Shown here piece by piece: positions 43,587 to 54,800 of a stretch of DNA of 64,000 bases. The stretch comes from the human T2T-CHM13v2.0 reference genome, Homo sapiens. The DNA is taken from positions 13,760,001 to 13,824,000 of the forward strand of contig CP068257.2 in NCBI GenBank assembly GCA_009914755.4, given 5' to 3'. A model generated the notes under the pieces. It made no database searches. It worked only from the letters and a program-made list of their open reading frames with translations, and was not told the DNA's origin. Positions within the stretch are counted from its first letter, which is position 1; every line of letters starts with the position of its first letter. The position numbers and the translations under genes were made by a program.

Positions 43587-43720
43587 CTTTTTTTCTTTTA
43601 AAATTTAAAAATTTTAGTAGAGACTTAAAAATTTTTAAATTTTAAAAGAAAAAAAGTAGAGATTTAAAAATTTAGTACAGATTTTAAAATTTTTAAATTT
43701 TAAAAGAAAAAACAGTATTC
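43587..43720. repeat. AT-rich palindromic tandem repeat (~2.5 copies of a ~45 bp unit)
   Basis: ttttcttttaaaatttaaaaatttt at 43587-43611 is the exact reverse complement of aaaatttttaaattttaaaagaaaa, which occurs at 43633-43657 and 43695-43719. The unit ttaaaaatttttaaattttaaaagaaaaaaagtagaga is tandemly repeated. Confidence 0.75.
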
Positions 43721-44219
43721 TTACTTTTTATATTCTAAATGCAGTAATTTCCATATCTGAGATCTTAATGCATCTGATTCTTTTCTTTGTATTCTTTGTT
43801 GTTTATCCTCTTTCTTGGTCTCAATATGTTATTTTCCATTGTGTTTTGTTATTTTTGTTGTTGTTGTGAGTTTAGGCTTGATGAAACTTTTTCTGTGAGG
43901 CTATTCTGAGTCTTAGATTGAGAGTGTATTCCTCCAAAAATATGTGTATTTTCTTATGGCATTCATCAACTAGCACTACCAGTCAGGGGGTGATATGAAT
44001 TTGGAGCACAATCCCACATTAGGCCCCGTTTATACTGATACATTTCCAGTGGGTGTATTTTTTTGTTTTTAAAAATGAGGTAAAATTTACATAACATAAA
44101 ACTAGCCATTTTAAACTGTACATTCAGTAGCATTTATTACCTTCACAATGTTGTGGAACCATCACCTCTATCTAGTTTAAAAATATTTTCATCACCCCAA
44201 AAGGAAATCCCAAACCCAC

Positions 44220-44593
44220 TGATATGGTTTGGCTGTGTCCCCACCCAAATCTCATCTTGAATTGTCATTCCCATAATCCCCATGTGTCATGGAAGCCACC
44301 TGGTGGAAGGTAAATTAATCAGGGGAGAAGTTACCCTCATGCTGTTCTTGTCATAGTGAGTGAGTTCTGAGAAGATCTGATGGTTTTATAAGGGGCTTTC
44401 CCCACTTTTGCTTGGTACTTCTCCTTGCTGCTACCATGTGAAGAAGGACATGTTTGCTTCCCCTTCTGCCATGATTGTAAGTTTCCTGAGGCCTAGCCAA
44501 CTGTAAAGAACTGAGCCAATTAAACATCTTTCCTTTATAAATAACCCAGTCTTGGGTATGTCTTTATTAGCAGCTTGAGAATGGACTAATACA
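44220..44593 (+). mobile_element. ERVL-MaLR solo LTR, THE1/MST-type, inserted into the L1M
   Basis: tgatatggtttggctgtgtccccacccaaatctcatcttgaattgtcattcccataatcc...gtcttgggtatgtctttattagcagcttgagaatggactaataca. The flanks are contiguous in the L1M consensus. Confidence 0.8.
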
Positions 44594-45849
44594 CACACTA
44601 AACAGTTACTTCCCATTACCCAACTACCTATACCCTGGCAAACACAGATGTGCTCTTTCTCTCTTTATAGACATACCTGTTCTATATATGTTATACAAAT
44701 GGAATCACATAAAATGTGATGTCTGATTTCTAGCTTCTCTTATTTAATATACTTCCCAGGTTCATCCATGTTGTAGCATTATCAGTATTTTATTCCCTTG
44801 CATGGCTAAATTCCACTGTACACACATATTACATTTTGCTTGGCCATTCCATTGATTGACATTTGGGTTTTTTATATCTTTTCACTACTGTGAATAGTGA
44901 TGCTGTGAACATTCATGTTCAAGTCTTTGTTTGAATATCTGTTTTCAGTACTTTTAGGTATACACCTAAGAATGGAACTGTGATCATGTAGTAAATCTAT
45001 GTTTAACTTTTTAAGGAACCCCAAAACTGTTTTCCACTGTGGATTGTACCATTTTACATACCCACCAGCAATGTATGAGGGTTCCAATCTCTCCACATCC
45101 TTGTCAACAGAGGTTATTTTCCATTTTATTTTGTTTATGTATAGCCATTCTAGCAGATGTGAAGTGGTATCTCATTGTGGTTTTGATTTGCATTTCCCTC
45201 ATAAATAATGATGTTGAGAAACTTTCCACGTGCTTATTGGCCATCTGGATAACTTCTCTGGAGAAATATCCATTTAAGTTGTTTGCTTGTTTTTTTATTT
45301 ATTTTAAGTTCTGGGATTCATGTGCAGGACCTGCAGGTTTGTTACATAGGTAAATGTGTGCCATGGTGGTTTGCTCCACCTATCAACCCATCACCCAGAT
45401 ATTAAGCCCAGCATGTATTAGATATTTTTCCTGATGCTCTCCCTCCCCCATCCCTCCTCAACAGGCCCCAGTGTATGTTGTTCTCTATATGTCCATGTGT
45501 TCTCATTGTTCAGCTCCCACTTATAAATGAGAACATGTGGTGCTTCGGTGCTTGGTTTTCTGTTCCTGCATTAGCTTGCTGAAGATAATGGCTTCCAGCT
45601 CCATCTATGTCCCTGCAAAGGACATGGTCTCCCTCCTTTTTATGGCTGCATAGTATTCCATGGTGTATATGTACAACATTTTCTTTATCCAGTCTATCAT
45701 TGACATACATTTGGGTTGATTCCATGTCTTTGCTATTGTGAATAGTGCTGCAATGAACATAAGCATACATGCGTCTTTATAATAGAATGATTTATATTCC
45801 TTTGGGTATATACCCAGTAATGGGATTGTTGGGTCAAATAATATTTCTG

Positions 45850-48800
45850 GTTCTAGATTCTTGAGGAATCACCACACTGTCTTCCACAATGGTTGAGCTA
45901 ATTTACATTCCCACCAACAGTGTGAAAGTGTTTCTATTTCTCCACAGCCTTGCCAGTATCTGTTGTTTCTTCACTTTTTAATAATCACCATTCTGACTGG
46001 CATGAGGTGGTATCTCATTGTGGTTTTGATTTGCATTTCTCTAGTGATCAGTGATGTTCAGCTTTTTTTTTCATATGTTTGTGGACCACATAAATATCTT
46101 ATTTTGAGAAGTGTTTGTTCATGTCCTTTGCCCACTTTTTGATGGATTTGTTTGTTTTTTCTTGTAAATTTGTTTAAGTTTCTTGTAGATTCTGGATACT
46201 AGACCTACATCAAATGAATAGATTGCAAAAGTTTTCTCCCATTCTGTAGGTTGTCTGTTCACTCTGATGACAGTTTTGTTGTTGGTGTTGTGCAAAGCTC
46301 TTCAGTTTAATTAGATCCCATTTGTCAATTTTTGCTTTTGTTTGCAATTGCTTTTGACATTTTCATCATGAAATCTTTGCCCATGCCTATGCCCTGATTG
46401 ATATAGCCTGGATTTTCTTCTAGGGTTTTTATAGTTTGGGGTTTTACATTTAAGTCTTTAATGCATTTTGACTTGATTTTTGTATAAGACGTAAGGAAGG
46501 GATCCAGTTTCCATTTTCTGCATATGACTAGCATCCCAGCTTCATTTATTAAGTAGGCAATCCTTTCCCCATTGCTTGCTTTTGTCAGGTTCACCAAAGC
46601 TCAGATGGTTGTAGACACACAGTATTATTTCTGAGTTCTTTATTCTGTTGCATTGCTCTATGTTTCTGTTTTTGTGCCAGTACCATGCTGTTTTGGTTAA
46701 CGCGGCCTTGTAGTGTAGTTGAAGTCAGTTAGCATGATGCTTCCAGCTTTTTTCTTTTTGATTAGGATTGTCTTGGCTATACAGGCTCTTTTTGGTGCCA
46801 TATGAATTTTAAAGTAGTTTTTTTCTAATTCTGTGAAAAATGTTGATGGTAATTTAATAGGAATAGCATTGAATCTATAAATTACTTTGGGCAGTATAGT
46901 CATTTTCATGATATTGATTATTCCTATTTACGAACATGGAATGTTTTTCCATTTGTTTGTGTCCTCTCTGATGTCCTTGAGCAGTGGTTTGTAGCTCTCC
47001 TTGAAGCGGTCCTTCACTTCTGCTGTTAGCTATATTCCTAGGTATTTTGTTTTCTTTATAGCAATTGTAAATGGGAATTCATGCATGATTTGGCTTTCTG
47101 CTGGTCTATTGTTGGTGTATAGGAATGTTTATAATTTTTACACATTGATTTTGTATCTTGAGACTTTGCTGAAGTGGCTTATCAACTTTAGAAGCTTTTG
47201 GGCAGAGACAATGGGGTTTTCTAGATATAGGATCATGTCATCTGCAAACAGAGACAGTTTGACTTCTACTCTTTCTATTTGAATACTTTTTATTTCTTTC
47301 TCTTGCCTGATTGCCCTGGCCAGAACTTCCAATACTATGTTGAATTGGAGTGTTGAGATAGGGCATCCTTGTCTTGTGCTGATTTTGCTTCCAGCTCTTG
47401 CCCACTCCGTATAATATTGGCTGTGGGTTTGTCATAAATACCTCTTATTATTTTGAGGTATGTTCCATCAATACCTAGTTTATGGAGAGTTTTTAACATG
47501 AAGGAATGCTGAATTTTTTTGAAGGCCTTTTCTGTGTATATTGAGATAATCATGAAGTTTTTGTCTTTAGCTCTGTTTATGTCATGAATCGTTTATTGAT
47601 TTGTGTATATTTAACCAGCCTTGCATCCCAGGGATGAAGCCAACTTGATTGTGGTGGCTAAGCTTTTTGATGTGCTGCTGAATTTGGTTTGCCAGTATTT
47701 TACTGAGGATTTTTGCAGTGATGTTCATCAGTGATATTGGCCTGAAGTTTTCTTTTTTTGTTATATCTCTGCCAGGTTGTGGTATCAGGATGATGCTGGC
47801 CTCATAAAATGAGTTAGGGAGAAGTCTCTAAAACTTTGGAATAGTTTTAGAAGTCTCAAAACTTTGGAATAGTTTTAGAAGAAATGGTACCAGCTCCTCT
47901 TTTTACCTCTGGTAGAATTCAGCTGTAAATCCATCTGGTCTTGGGCTTTCTTTTGGTTGGTATGCTTTATTACTGTCTCAGTTTCAGAATTTGTTATTTG
48001 TCTATTCATGAATTTAACTCTTTCCTTGTTCGGTCTTGTGAGGGTGCATGTGTCCAGGAACTTACTCATTTCTTCTAGATTTTCTAGTTTGTTTGCATAA
48101 AGGTGTTTGTAGTATTCTCTGATGTTTGCTTGTATTTCTGTGGGGTCCATGGTGATATCCCCTTTATCTCTTTTATAGTGTATATTTGATTCTTCTCTCT
48201 TTTCTTCTTTGCTAGTCCATCTAGTGATCTGTGTATTTCATTAATTTTTTCAGAAAACCAGCTTCTGGATTTATTGATTTTTTTGAAAGGTTCTTCTTGT
48301 CTCTATCTCCTTCAGTTCTGCTCTGATCTTGGTTATTTCTTGTCTTATGCTAGCTTTGAGGTTTGTTTGCTCTTGGTTCTCTAGTTATTTTAGTTGTGAT
48401 GTTAGGATGTCAATTTGAGATCTCTCTAGATTTTTTATGTGGACATTTAGTGCTATAAATTTCCCTCTTCACACTACTTTAGCAATGTTCCAGATATTCT
48501 GGTATATTGTCTCTGTGTTCCCATTGCTTTCAAAAAACTTCTTGATTTCTGCCTTAATTTCATTATTTACCCAGGAGTAACTCAGGACCAGGTTGTTCGG
48601 TTTTCATGTAGTTGTGTGATTTTGAGTGAGTTTCTTAATCTTGAGTTCAAATTTGATTGCACGGTGGTCTGAGAGACCGCTTGTTTTGATTTTAGTTCTT
48701 TTGCACTTGCTGAGGAGTGTTTTACTTCCAATTATGTGACTGATTTTAGATTAAGTGCCATGTGGCACCAGTAAAAATGTATATTCTGTTTTTTGGGGGG

Positions 48801-49398
48801 TGGAGAGTTATGTAGATATCTATCAGACTGACTTGATCCAGAGCTGAGTTGAAGTCCTGAATATCTTTGTTAATTTTCTGTCTCAATGATCTGTCAAACA
48901 TTAACAGTGAGGTGTTAAACTCTCTCACTATTATTGTGTGGGAGTGTAAGTTTCTTTGTAGGTCTCCAAGAACTTGTTTTATGAATCTGGGTGCTCCTGT
49001 GCTGGGCACATATATATTTAGGATAGTTAGCTCTTCTTGTTGAATTGAAACCTTTATCATGTAATGCCTTTCTTTGTCTTATTTGATCTTTGTTCATTTA
49101 AAGTCTGTTTTGTCAGAAACTAGGATTGCAACTCCTGCTTTTTCTGCTCTCCATTTGCTTGGTAGATTTTCCTCCATCCCTTTATTTTGAGCCTATGTGT
49201 GTTTTTGCATGTGAGATGGCTCTCTTGAATATAGCACACCAATGGGTCTTGACTCCTTATCCAGCTTGCCACTCTGTGTCTTTTAATTGGGGCATTTATC
49301 CTATTTACACTTAAGGTTAATATTGTTATGTGTGAATTTGATCCTGTAATCATGATGCTAGGGGTTATTTTGCAGACTTGTTGATGTAGTTGCTTCAT
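45850..49398 (-). pseudogene. L1 ORF2 (endonuclease-reverse transcriptase) remnant, multiple stops/frameshifts
   Basis: Minus-strand ORF fragments: 49120-49398 MTGSNSHITILTLSVNRINAPIKRHRVASWIRSQDP (EN domain start); 48746-49060 ...QQEELTILNIYVPSTGAPRFIKQVL; 47335-47553 ...[30 protein letters not shown]; 47138-47332 ...[37 protein letters not shown]; 46325-46597 C-terminal region. Confidence 0.85.
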
Positions 49399-49952
49399 AG
49401 TGTCATTAGTCTGTGTACTTCAGTGTGTTTTTGTAGTGTCTGGTAACAGTTTGTTCTTTCCATATTTAGTGTTTCCTTCAGAAGCTCCTGCAAGGCAGGC
49501 CTGGTGGTAATGAATTTCCTCAGCATTTGCTTGTCTGAAAAGGATTTTATTTCTCCTTCACTTACGAAGCTTAATTTGGCCAGATATGACATTCTGAGTT
49601 GGAAATTTTTTCTTTAAGAATGTTGAATATTGACCCCCCAATCTTTTCTGGCTTGCAGGGTTTATGCTGAGAGGTCTGCTATGATTCTGATGGGCTTCCC
49701 TTTGTAGGTGACCTGATCTTTCACTCTGGCTTCCCTTAACATTTTTTCCTTCATGTTTACCTTGAAGAATGTGATGATTATGTGTTTGGGGGTTGATCTT
49801 CTCATGGAGTATGTTACTGGGGTTCTCTGGATTTCCTGAATTTGAATGTTGGCCTGTATTTCTAGGTTGGGAAAGTTCTCCTGGATGATATCCTGAAGTA
49901 TGTTTTCCAACTTGGTTCCTCCGTTCTCCCCGTCTCTTTCAGGTACCCCCAT
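49395..49952 (-). pseudogene. L1 ORF1 remnant (C-terminal two thirds), frameshifted
   Basis: 49662-49952 minus: ...GTKLENILQDIIQENFPNLEIQANIQIQEIQRTPVTYSMRRSTPKHIIITFFKVNMKEKMLREARVKDQVTYKGKPIRIIADLSA; 49395-49592 minus: LAKLSFVSEGEIKSFSDKQMLRKFITTRPALQELLKETLNMER. Both are clear L1 ORF1p matches. Confidence 0.85.
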
Positions 49953-50185
49953 CAGTCATAGGTTTAGTCTTTTTACATAATCCTATAGTTCTGGGAGGTT
50001 TTGTTTGTTCCTTTGCATTCTTTTTTCTCTAATCTTGTCTGCCTGTCTTCATTTCAGCAAGATTGTCTTCAAGCTCTGAAATTCTTTCCTCTGCTTGGTC
50101 TATTCGGCTATTGATACTTACAGTTGCATTGTGAAGTTCTCGTGTTGTGTTTTTCAGCTCCATCAGGTCATGTATGCTCCTCTCC

Positions 50186-50693
50186 ATGATGGTTAGTACT
50201 GAGTGTCAACTTGATTGGATTGAAGGATGCAAAGTATTGATCCTGGGTGTGTCTGTGAGAGTGTTGCCAAAGGAGATTAACATTTGAGTTAGTGGGCTGG
50301 AGAAGGCAGACCCACCCTTAATCTGGTGAGCACAATCTAATCAGCTGCCGGTGAATATAAAGCACGCAGAAAAACGTGAAAAGGCAAGGCTTGCCTAGCT
50401 CCCAGCCTACATCTGTCTCTTGTGCTGGATGCTTCCTGCCCTCAAACATCAGACTTCAAGTTCTTTAGTTTTGGGACTTGGACTGGCTCTTCTTGCTCCT
50501 CAAGCTTGCAGATAGCCTATTGTGGGACCTTGTGATCATGTAAGTTAATACTTAATAAACTCCCCTATATATATCCTATAATATCATATATATAATCCTA
50601 TTACGTAATATATATATGTGTATATATATGTGTGTGTGTGTGTATATATATATATATCCTATTAGTTCTGTCCCTCTAGGGAACCCTAATACA
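50186..50693 (+). mobile_element. ERVL-MaLR solo LTR, MST-type, inserted inside L1 ORF1; candidate 5 bp TSD CTCTC
   Basis: ...atggttagtactgagtgtcaacttgattggattgaaggatgcaaagtattgatcctgggtgtgtctgtgagagtgttgccaaaggagattaacatttgagttagtgggctgg...cttaataaactcccctatatatatcctat...cctattagttctgtccctctagggaaccctaataca matches the remembered MSTA consensus nearly end to end. L1 ORF1 sequence is contiguous across it. CTCTC lies at 50180-50184 and 50694-50698. Confidence 0.7.
50570..50660. repeat. (TA)n/(TG)n microsatellite expansion inside the MST LTR 3' end
   Basis: ctatatatatcctataatatcatatatataatcctattacgtaatatatatatgtgtatatatatgtgtgtgtgtgtgtatatatatatatatcctattag. The consensus has only a short tatatatacatatatatcctattag here. 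Confidence 0.8.
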
Positions 50694-51697
50694 CTCTCTA
50701 AACTGGTTATTCTGATTAGCAACTCCTGTAATTTTTATCACGGTTCTTATCTTCTTTACATTGGGTTAGAACATGCTCCTTTAGCTCAGCAAAGTTCATT
50801 ATTACCCACCTTCTGAAGCCTACTTCTGTCAGTTCATCCATTTCAGCCTCATCCCAGTTCTATGCCCTCGCTGGAGAGGTGCTATGATCACTTGGAGGAG
50901 AGAGGCACTCTGGCTTTTAGAGTTTTCAGGATTTTTTTTGTTGATTTTTTTCTCATCTTCACGAGTTTAGCTTTAATCTTTGAGGCTGCTGACCTTTGGA
51001 TGGATTTTTTATGAGGACATTTTGTTGATACTGTTATTATTGCTTTCTGTTTGTTTTTCTTTTAACAGCCAGGCACTCTTCTGTCATGCTGCTGCCATTT
51101 GCTGGGGGTCCATTCCATACCCTATTCGCTTGGCTCCCTCCCATCATTCCTGGAGATGTCACCAGTGGAGGCAGAATAGCAAAGATGGCTGCCTGCTCCT
51201 TCATCTGGGAGCTCTGTCCCAGAGGGGCACCAAGCTGATGCCAGCGAGAACACTCCTGTATAAGGTGTCTGGTGACTCCTTTTGGGGGATCTCGCCCAGT
51301 CAGGAGGCATGGGATCAGGGACCCACTTAACGAAGCAGTTTGGCTGCCTCTTGGTGGAGGAGGTGCGCTGCACTGGGGGGATCTCCCTCTCGTCCAGACT
51401 GCCTGGATTCCTCAGAGTCAGCAGGGGAAAAGAATAAGTTCACTGATCCGCAGAGACTGTGGCCACCCCTCCCGCAGGGGCTCTGTGCCAGGGAGATCAG
51501 AGTTCTGTCCATAAACCCCTGGCTGGAGTTTTTGAAATTCTCACAGGGAGGCCCTGCCTGATGACGAGGGATGGTTCAAGGTCCAGCCTAAAGAGGCCGT
51601 GTTGCCACAATCTGCCACAACAACTGTGCTGCACTGTGGGGAATTCCTCCTGGGTCCAAACCCCACCCCAGCAGGGGAAAATGGCAGACTGGAGCTG

Positions 51698-51882
51698 CAG
51701 TGATGGCAGCCACCCCACCCCCTCATAGCTCAGTCGTCTTAGGCACCAGGCAGCAGCAGTGATGGTGACCACACCCCCGCCCCCAACCCTGGGGAGCTCA
51801 GTAGTCTTAGGCAGCAGGCAGCCGAAGTGATGGCGACCGCCTATGCCCCTGGGAGCTCAGTCATCTTAGGTAGTCTCCAGCC
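51698..51882. repeat. three tandem ~59-68 bp repeats within the L1P 5' UTR (antisense)
   Basis: cagtgatggcagccaccccaccccctcatagctcagtcgtcttaggcaccaggcagcag / cagtgatggtgaccacacccccgcccccaaccctggggagctcagtagtcttaggcagcaggcagccg / aagtgatggcgaccgcctatgcccctgggagctcagtcatcttaggtagtctccagcc. Confidence 0.8.
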
Positions 51883-54800
51883 AAGCAACCATTGAGAATC
51901 TGAACAGCTCTGTTTTTGGGACGCAAGGTCCTGGTGGCGTGGGCTCATGATGGGATCTCCTGATCCGTGGGTTGCACAGATCCATGGAAAAAGTGTGGTT
52001 TCCCAGGCAGGGTAGCACAATCACTCACTGTCTGCCTTAGCTGGGGGTGAGAGCTCTCCTTGCTCCATGTGGCCGGGTGGGCCGTCGCTCCACACTGCTT
52101 TTCCTGGCTCTTCATGGGATACGCCAACTGCCTAGTCAGTCCCAATGAGAGAAACAGGATACCTCAGTTGCCTCAGTTGTCAGTGCAGGATTCACTTGTT
52201 TTTGTTCTTCTTGGTGGAAGCCCCTAACCACAGTTGTTTCTAGTTGGCCATTTTAGTCCCTCCTCATTTTTAAAAAGGAGTTGTTTGTCTTTTGTTGTTG
52301 AGTTAAAAGAGTTCTTTATAAATTCTGCCTATAGGCTCTTATTAGATACATGATTTGCGAATATCTGCTCCCATTTTGTAGGTTGTATTGTCACTCTTTG
52401 TAGTGTGCTCTGATGCATAAAGGGATTTTCAGTTTTGATGAAGTCTAATTTATTTATTTTTTTTGCTTTTGTTGTTTGTGCTTTCAATGTCGTATCTAAC
52501 AATGCATTGTTAAGCCTAAGATTATGACGATTAACCTTCTAAGGTTTTAAGAGTTTTGTAGTTTTTATTCTATTTAGGTCATTAATCAGCTTTGAGTTAA
52601 TATTTATATATATGAAATCAAGGAACAGCTTTATTCTTTGGTATGTAGATATCTGGTTGTCCCAACACAGTTTATTGAAGAAACTATATTTCCCCATTAA
52701 ATGGTTTTGACACCCTTATTGAAAAGTAATTGTGCATAGATGTATATGTTTATTTCTGGACTCCCAATTTCATTCCATTAGTCTATGTGTTTACCCTTGT
52801 TCCCCTGCTGTAATGTTTTGATTATTCAAGCTTTGTAATAAGTTTTAAAATCAAGAAATGTAAGTTCTCTTTGTTCTTCTTTTTTTATTATTTTGGTTAT
52901 CCAGGGCCCTTTACAATTTCATTAGCATTTTTTTCAGCAAAAAAAAAAAATCATTGGGACTTTGATAAGGATTGTACTGAATCTGTAGATTATTTTAAGT
53001 AGTATTGCCAACTTAACAATATTGTCTTTTAATCCATCAACACACGATGACTTTCCATTTATTTATGTCTTCTTTAATTTGTTGCCACAATATCTTATAG
53101 TTTTCAGCATACAAGTCTTGTATCTTCTTTGTTAAATTTATCACTTAGTGTTTTATAATATTTAACACTTTTCTAAAAAGAATTTATTTTTAATTTTATT
53201 TCTGAATTCTTTATTGTTAGTATACAGAAATACAACTGATTTTTGTGTGTTGATTTTTTATCCTGCAACTTTGCTAAGTGTATTAGTTTACATTTGCTTT
53301 TGGTTTTTATTTTTTCTCTTCATCAGGACAAAGAACAATCCAATTTTCTTTGATGATAACCTTTACAAGAGATACTTATTTGGTTGTATTTTGTTTCTCG
53401 CTAACCATTTAAATGAGCAAACTTTTGGAATCCCAGCTTTATTTGAAGTTCTAACCCAGTTCTCTTTCTTTGAGGGCCTTAGGTTTTATCTCTTCCTAAC
53501 ACATGTAGTTCATTAATATCAAAGCTCCTGTTCAGATAATTCTGGAAATTACCTGTAGTTCAGCTAGCACTCTTTGCACTGGACTCATGTTTTGGCTTAG
53601 CTTGAACTTTCTTGCCAACTCAGCAATATAAGCATGGCTGTGTTTTGCACATACGTGTGTATTTTCTTCAATATGTTAAATGTTTCTCAATAGATTAGTT
53701 TTAGAGGACGTGTGTCCCACGTTCAGAAAGGAAAGTCTCTTATAGAGGGTATTTATGGGAATTAAGAGAGACCATATATACAAAAAGCCTAAGATGAGCC
53801 TCATTACACCAATAATCATCTGATGTCATTTTACTTTTGTGTATATTGTTACAAATGTGCAAGGATGCCCAATAATGTATCACTGCTTATTGTAACTGGG
53901 AAATATGAGTAACTTGAAACTGCTAGTGTAGGAAACAATATAAGCATGCATTCCTGCTTGAGATGCATGATTTCACTTAAAGCAGCCCCTCAAACCTCAC
54001 TGCAACACTGCTCACCTTCATAAAATGGCTCGCTAACAGGATGACTAGAGCAGTGATAAGAACATTGTATTATTTTTGGTGCATCTTTTCAAAATGATCA
54101 CTCCGGTTTACCATTTTCAATTTACATATTTTACTGTTGTCCATTAATTAGTGTTGAAGCAAAATCAACTAGAAGTTACCTAAAGCCAAGTTCAAGTACA
54201 TTACTGTCCTGGATTCTTACAGGTAAAAGCATGGCAGCTCTTAAACAAGAGCAGAATTAAGTTCTAAGGAAACCCCCCACAGAATGTCCATTCAATGGGA
54301 AAGCTTAGCCTGAACCAACACAATGGAAGTCCAAGACAGATGTAATTTCATCATGAAAATGATTAAAGCAGGACTTAAAGTGAATTGAACCTGTATTCTG
54401 AAAAGTAAAGACTCTGTTGAATCAGACTGCAGATACCATTACTTATTGATCCAGCCCATGAATTGATTATCTTCTTTCTCTTTAACCCTGACTTCTATCT
54501 ACTGAAAGCCTGAGAAAGATTTTTCTATAGTTAAAATGCTTTTCATTCAGCATAACTAGCTATTTCACTGTTTATCTACGTACTTTATATAGTAATTTTT
54601 AAATGTGTCAAGATATATTTAGCAAACATATCAATTAGATTACAATGCTGAGTAAAGCAATTTTATTTGATGTTTGATAAAATGCTCAGATAAGCAATCA
54701 CACTCTTTTAAAAAGCAAATTTTAGGCATAAACTTGTTCTGTCCTCTTACTAGTTTTTTTTTTTTTTTTTTTTTCACACTAGCTAGCAACACATGCCATT

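Larger units (their letters stand above)
45291..52250 (-). mobile_element. LINE-1, primate L1P (L1PA-old/L1PB-like), apparently full length (~6.45 kb without the LTR insert), degenerate
   Basis: Antisense 3' UTR and poly-T start at 45291 (ttttttatttattttaagttctgggattcatgtgcaggacctgcaggtttgttacataggtaaatgtgtgccatggtggtttgct). ORF2 and ORF1 remnants in minus frames follow in canonical order. ORF1 N-terminus (rc of 50700-50990 reads ...aaaaaaatcctgaaaactctaaaagccagagtgcctctctcctcc...) and a CpG-retaining 5' UTR with 3 tandem ~60 bp repeats extend to ~52250. Imperfect ~15 bp flanking duplication AAGTTGTTTGCTTGTTTT / GAGTTGTTTGTCTTTTGTT. Confidence 0.8.
44057..53400 (-). mobile_element. old L1M-type LINE-1 3' region carrying three nested insertions (host fragments 44057-44219, 44594-45290, 52250-~53400)
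   Basis: Antisense L1M 3' end consensus (tttattgaaatataattcacataccataaaatt...cattttcatcaccccaaaaagaaaccc...) matches 44057-44219. It continues at 44594 (…ttcatccatgttgtagcattatcag…gaatagtgatgctgtgaacattcatg…ccaccagcaatgtatgagggttccaat…gatgttgagaaactttccacgtgcttattggccatctgg…ggagaaatatccatttaagttgtttg) and resumes at the homologous consensus position at ~52250 (catttttaaaaaggagttgtttgtcttttgttgttgagttaaaagagttctttata... through ...cagaaatacaactgatttttgtgtgttgattttttatcctgcaactttgctaag). Confidence 0.75.

Noticed and set aside
43587-43720. Repeat-spacer-like periodicity, considered as a CRISPR array
   Set aside because: The sequence is eukaryotic, the units are AT-only, palindromic and tandem without unique spacers, and there are no cas genes. 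It is a palindromic minisatellite.
50980-51772. Cluster of overlapping 60-116 aa ORFs on both strands in a GC/CpG-rich patch, which looked superficially gene-like
   Set aside because: The patch is the 5' UTR and ORF1 start of the full-length L1P, read in antisense, and includes its tandem repeats.
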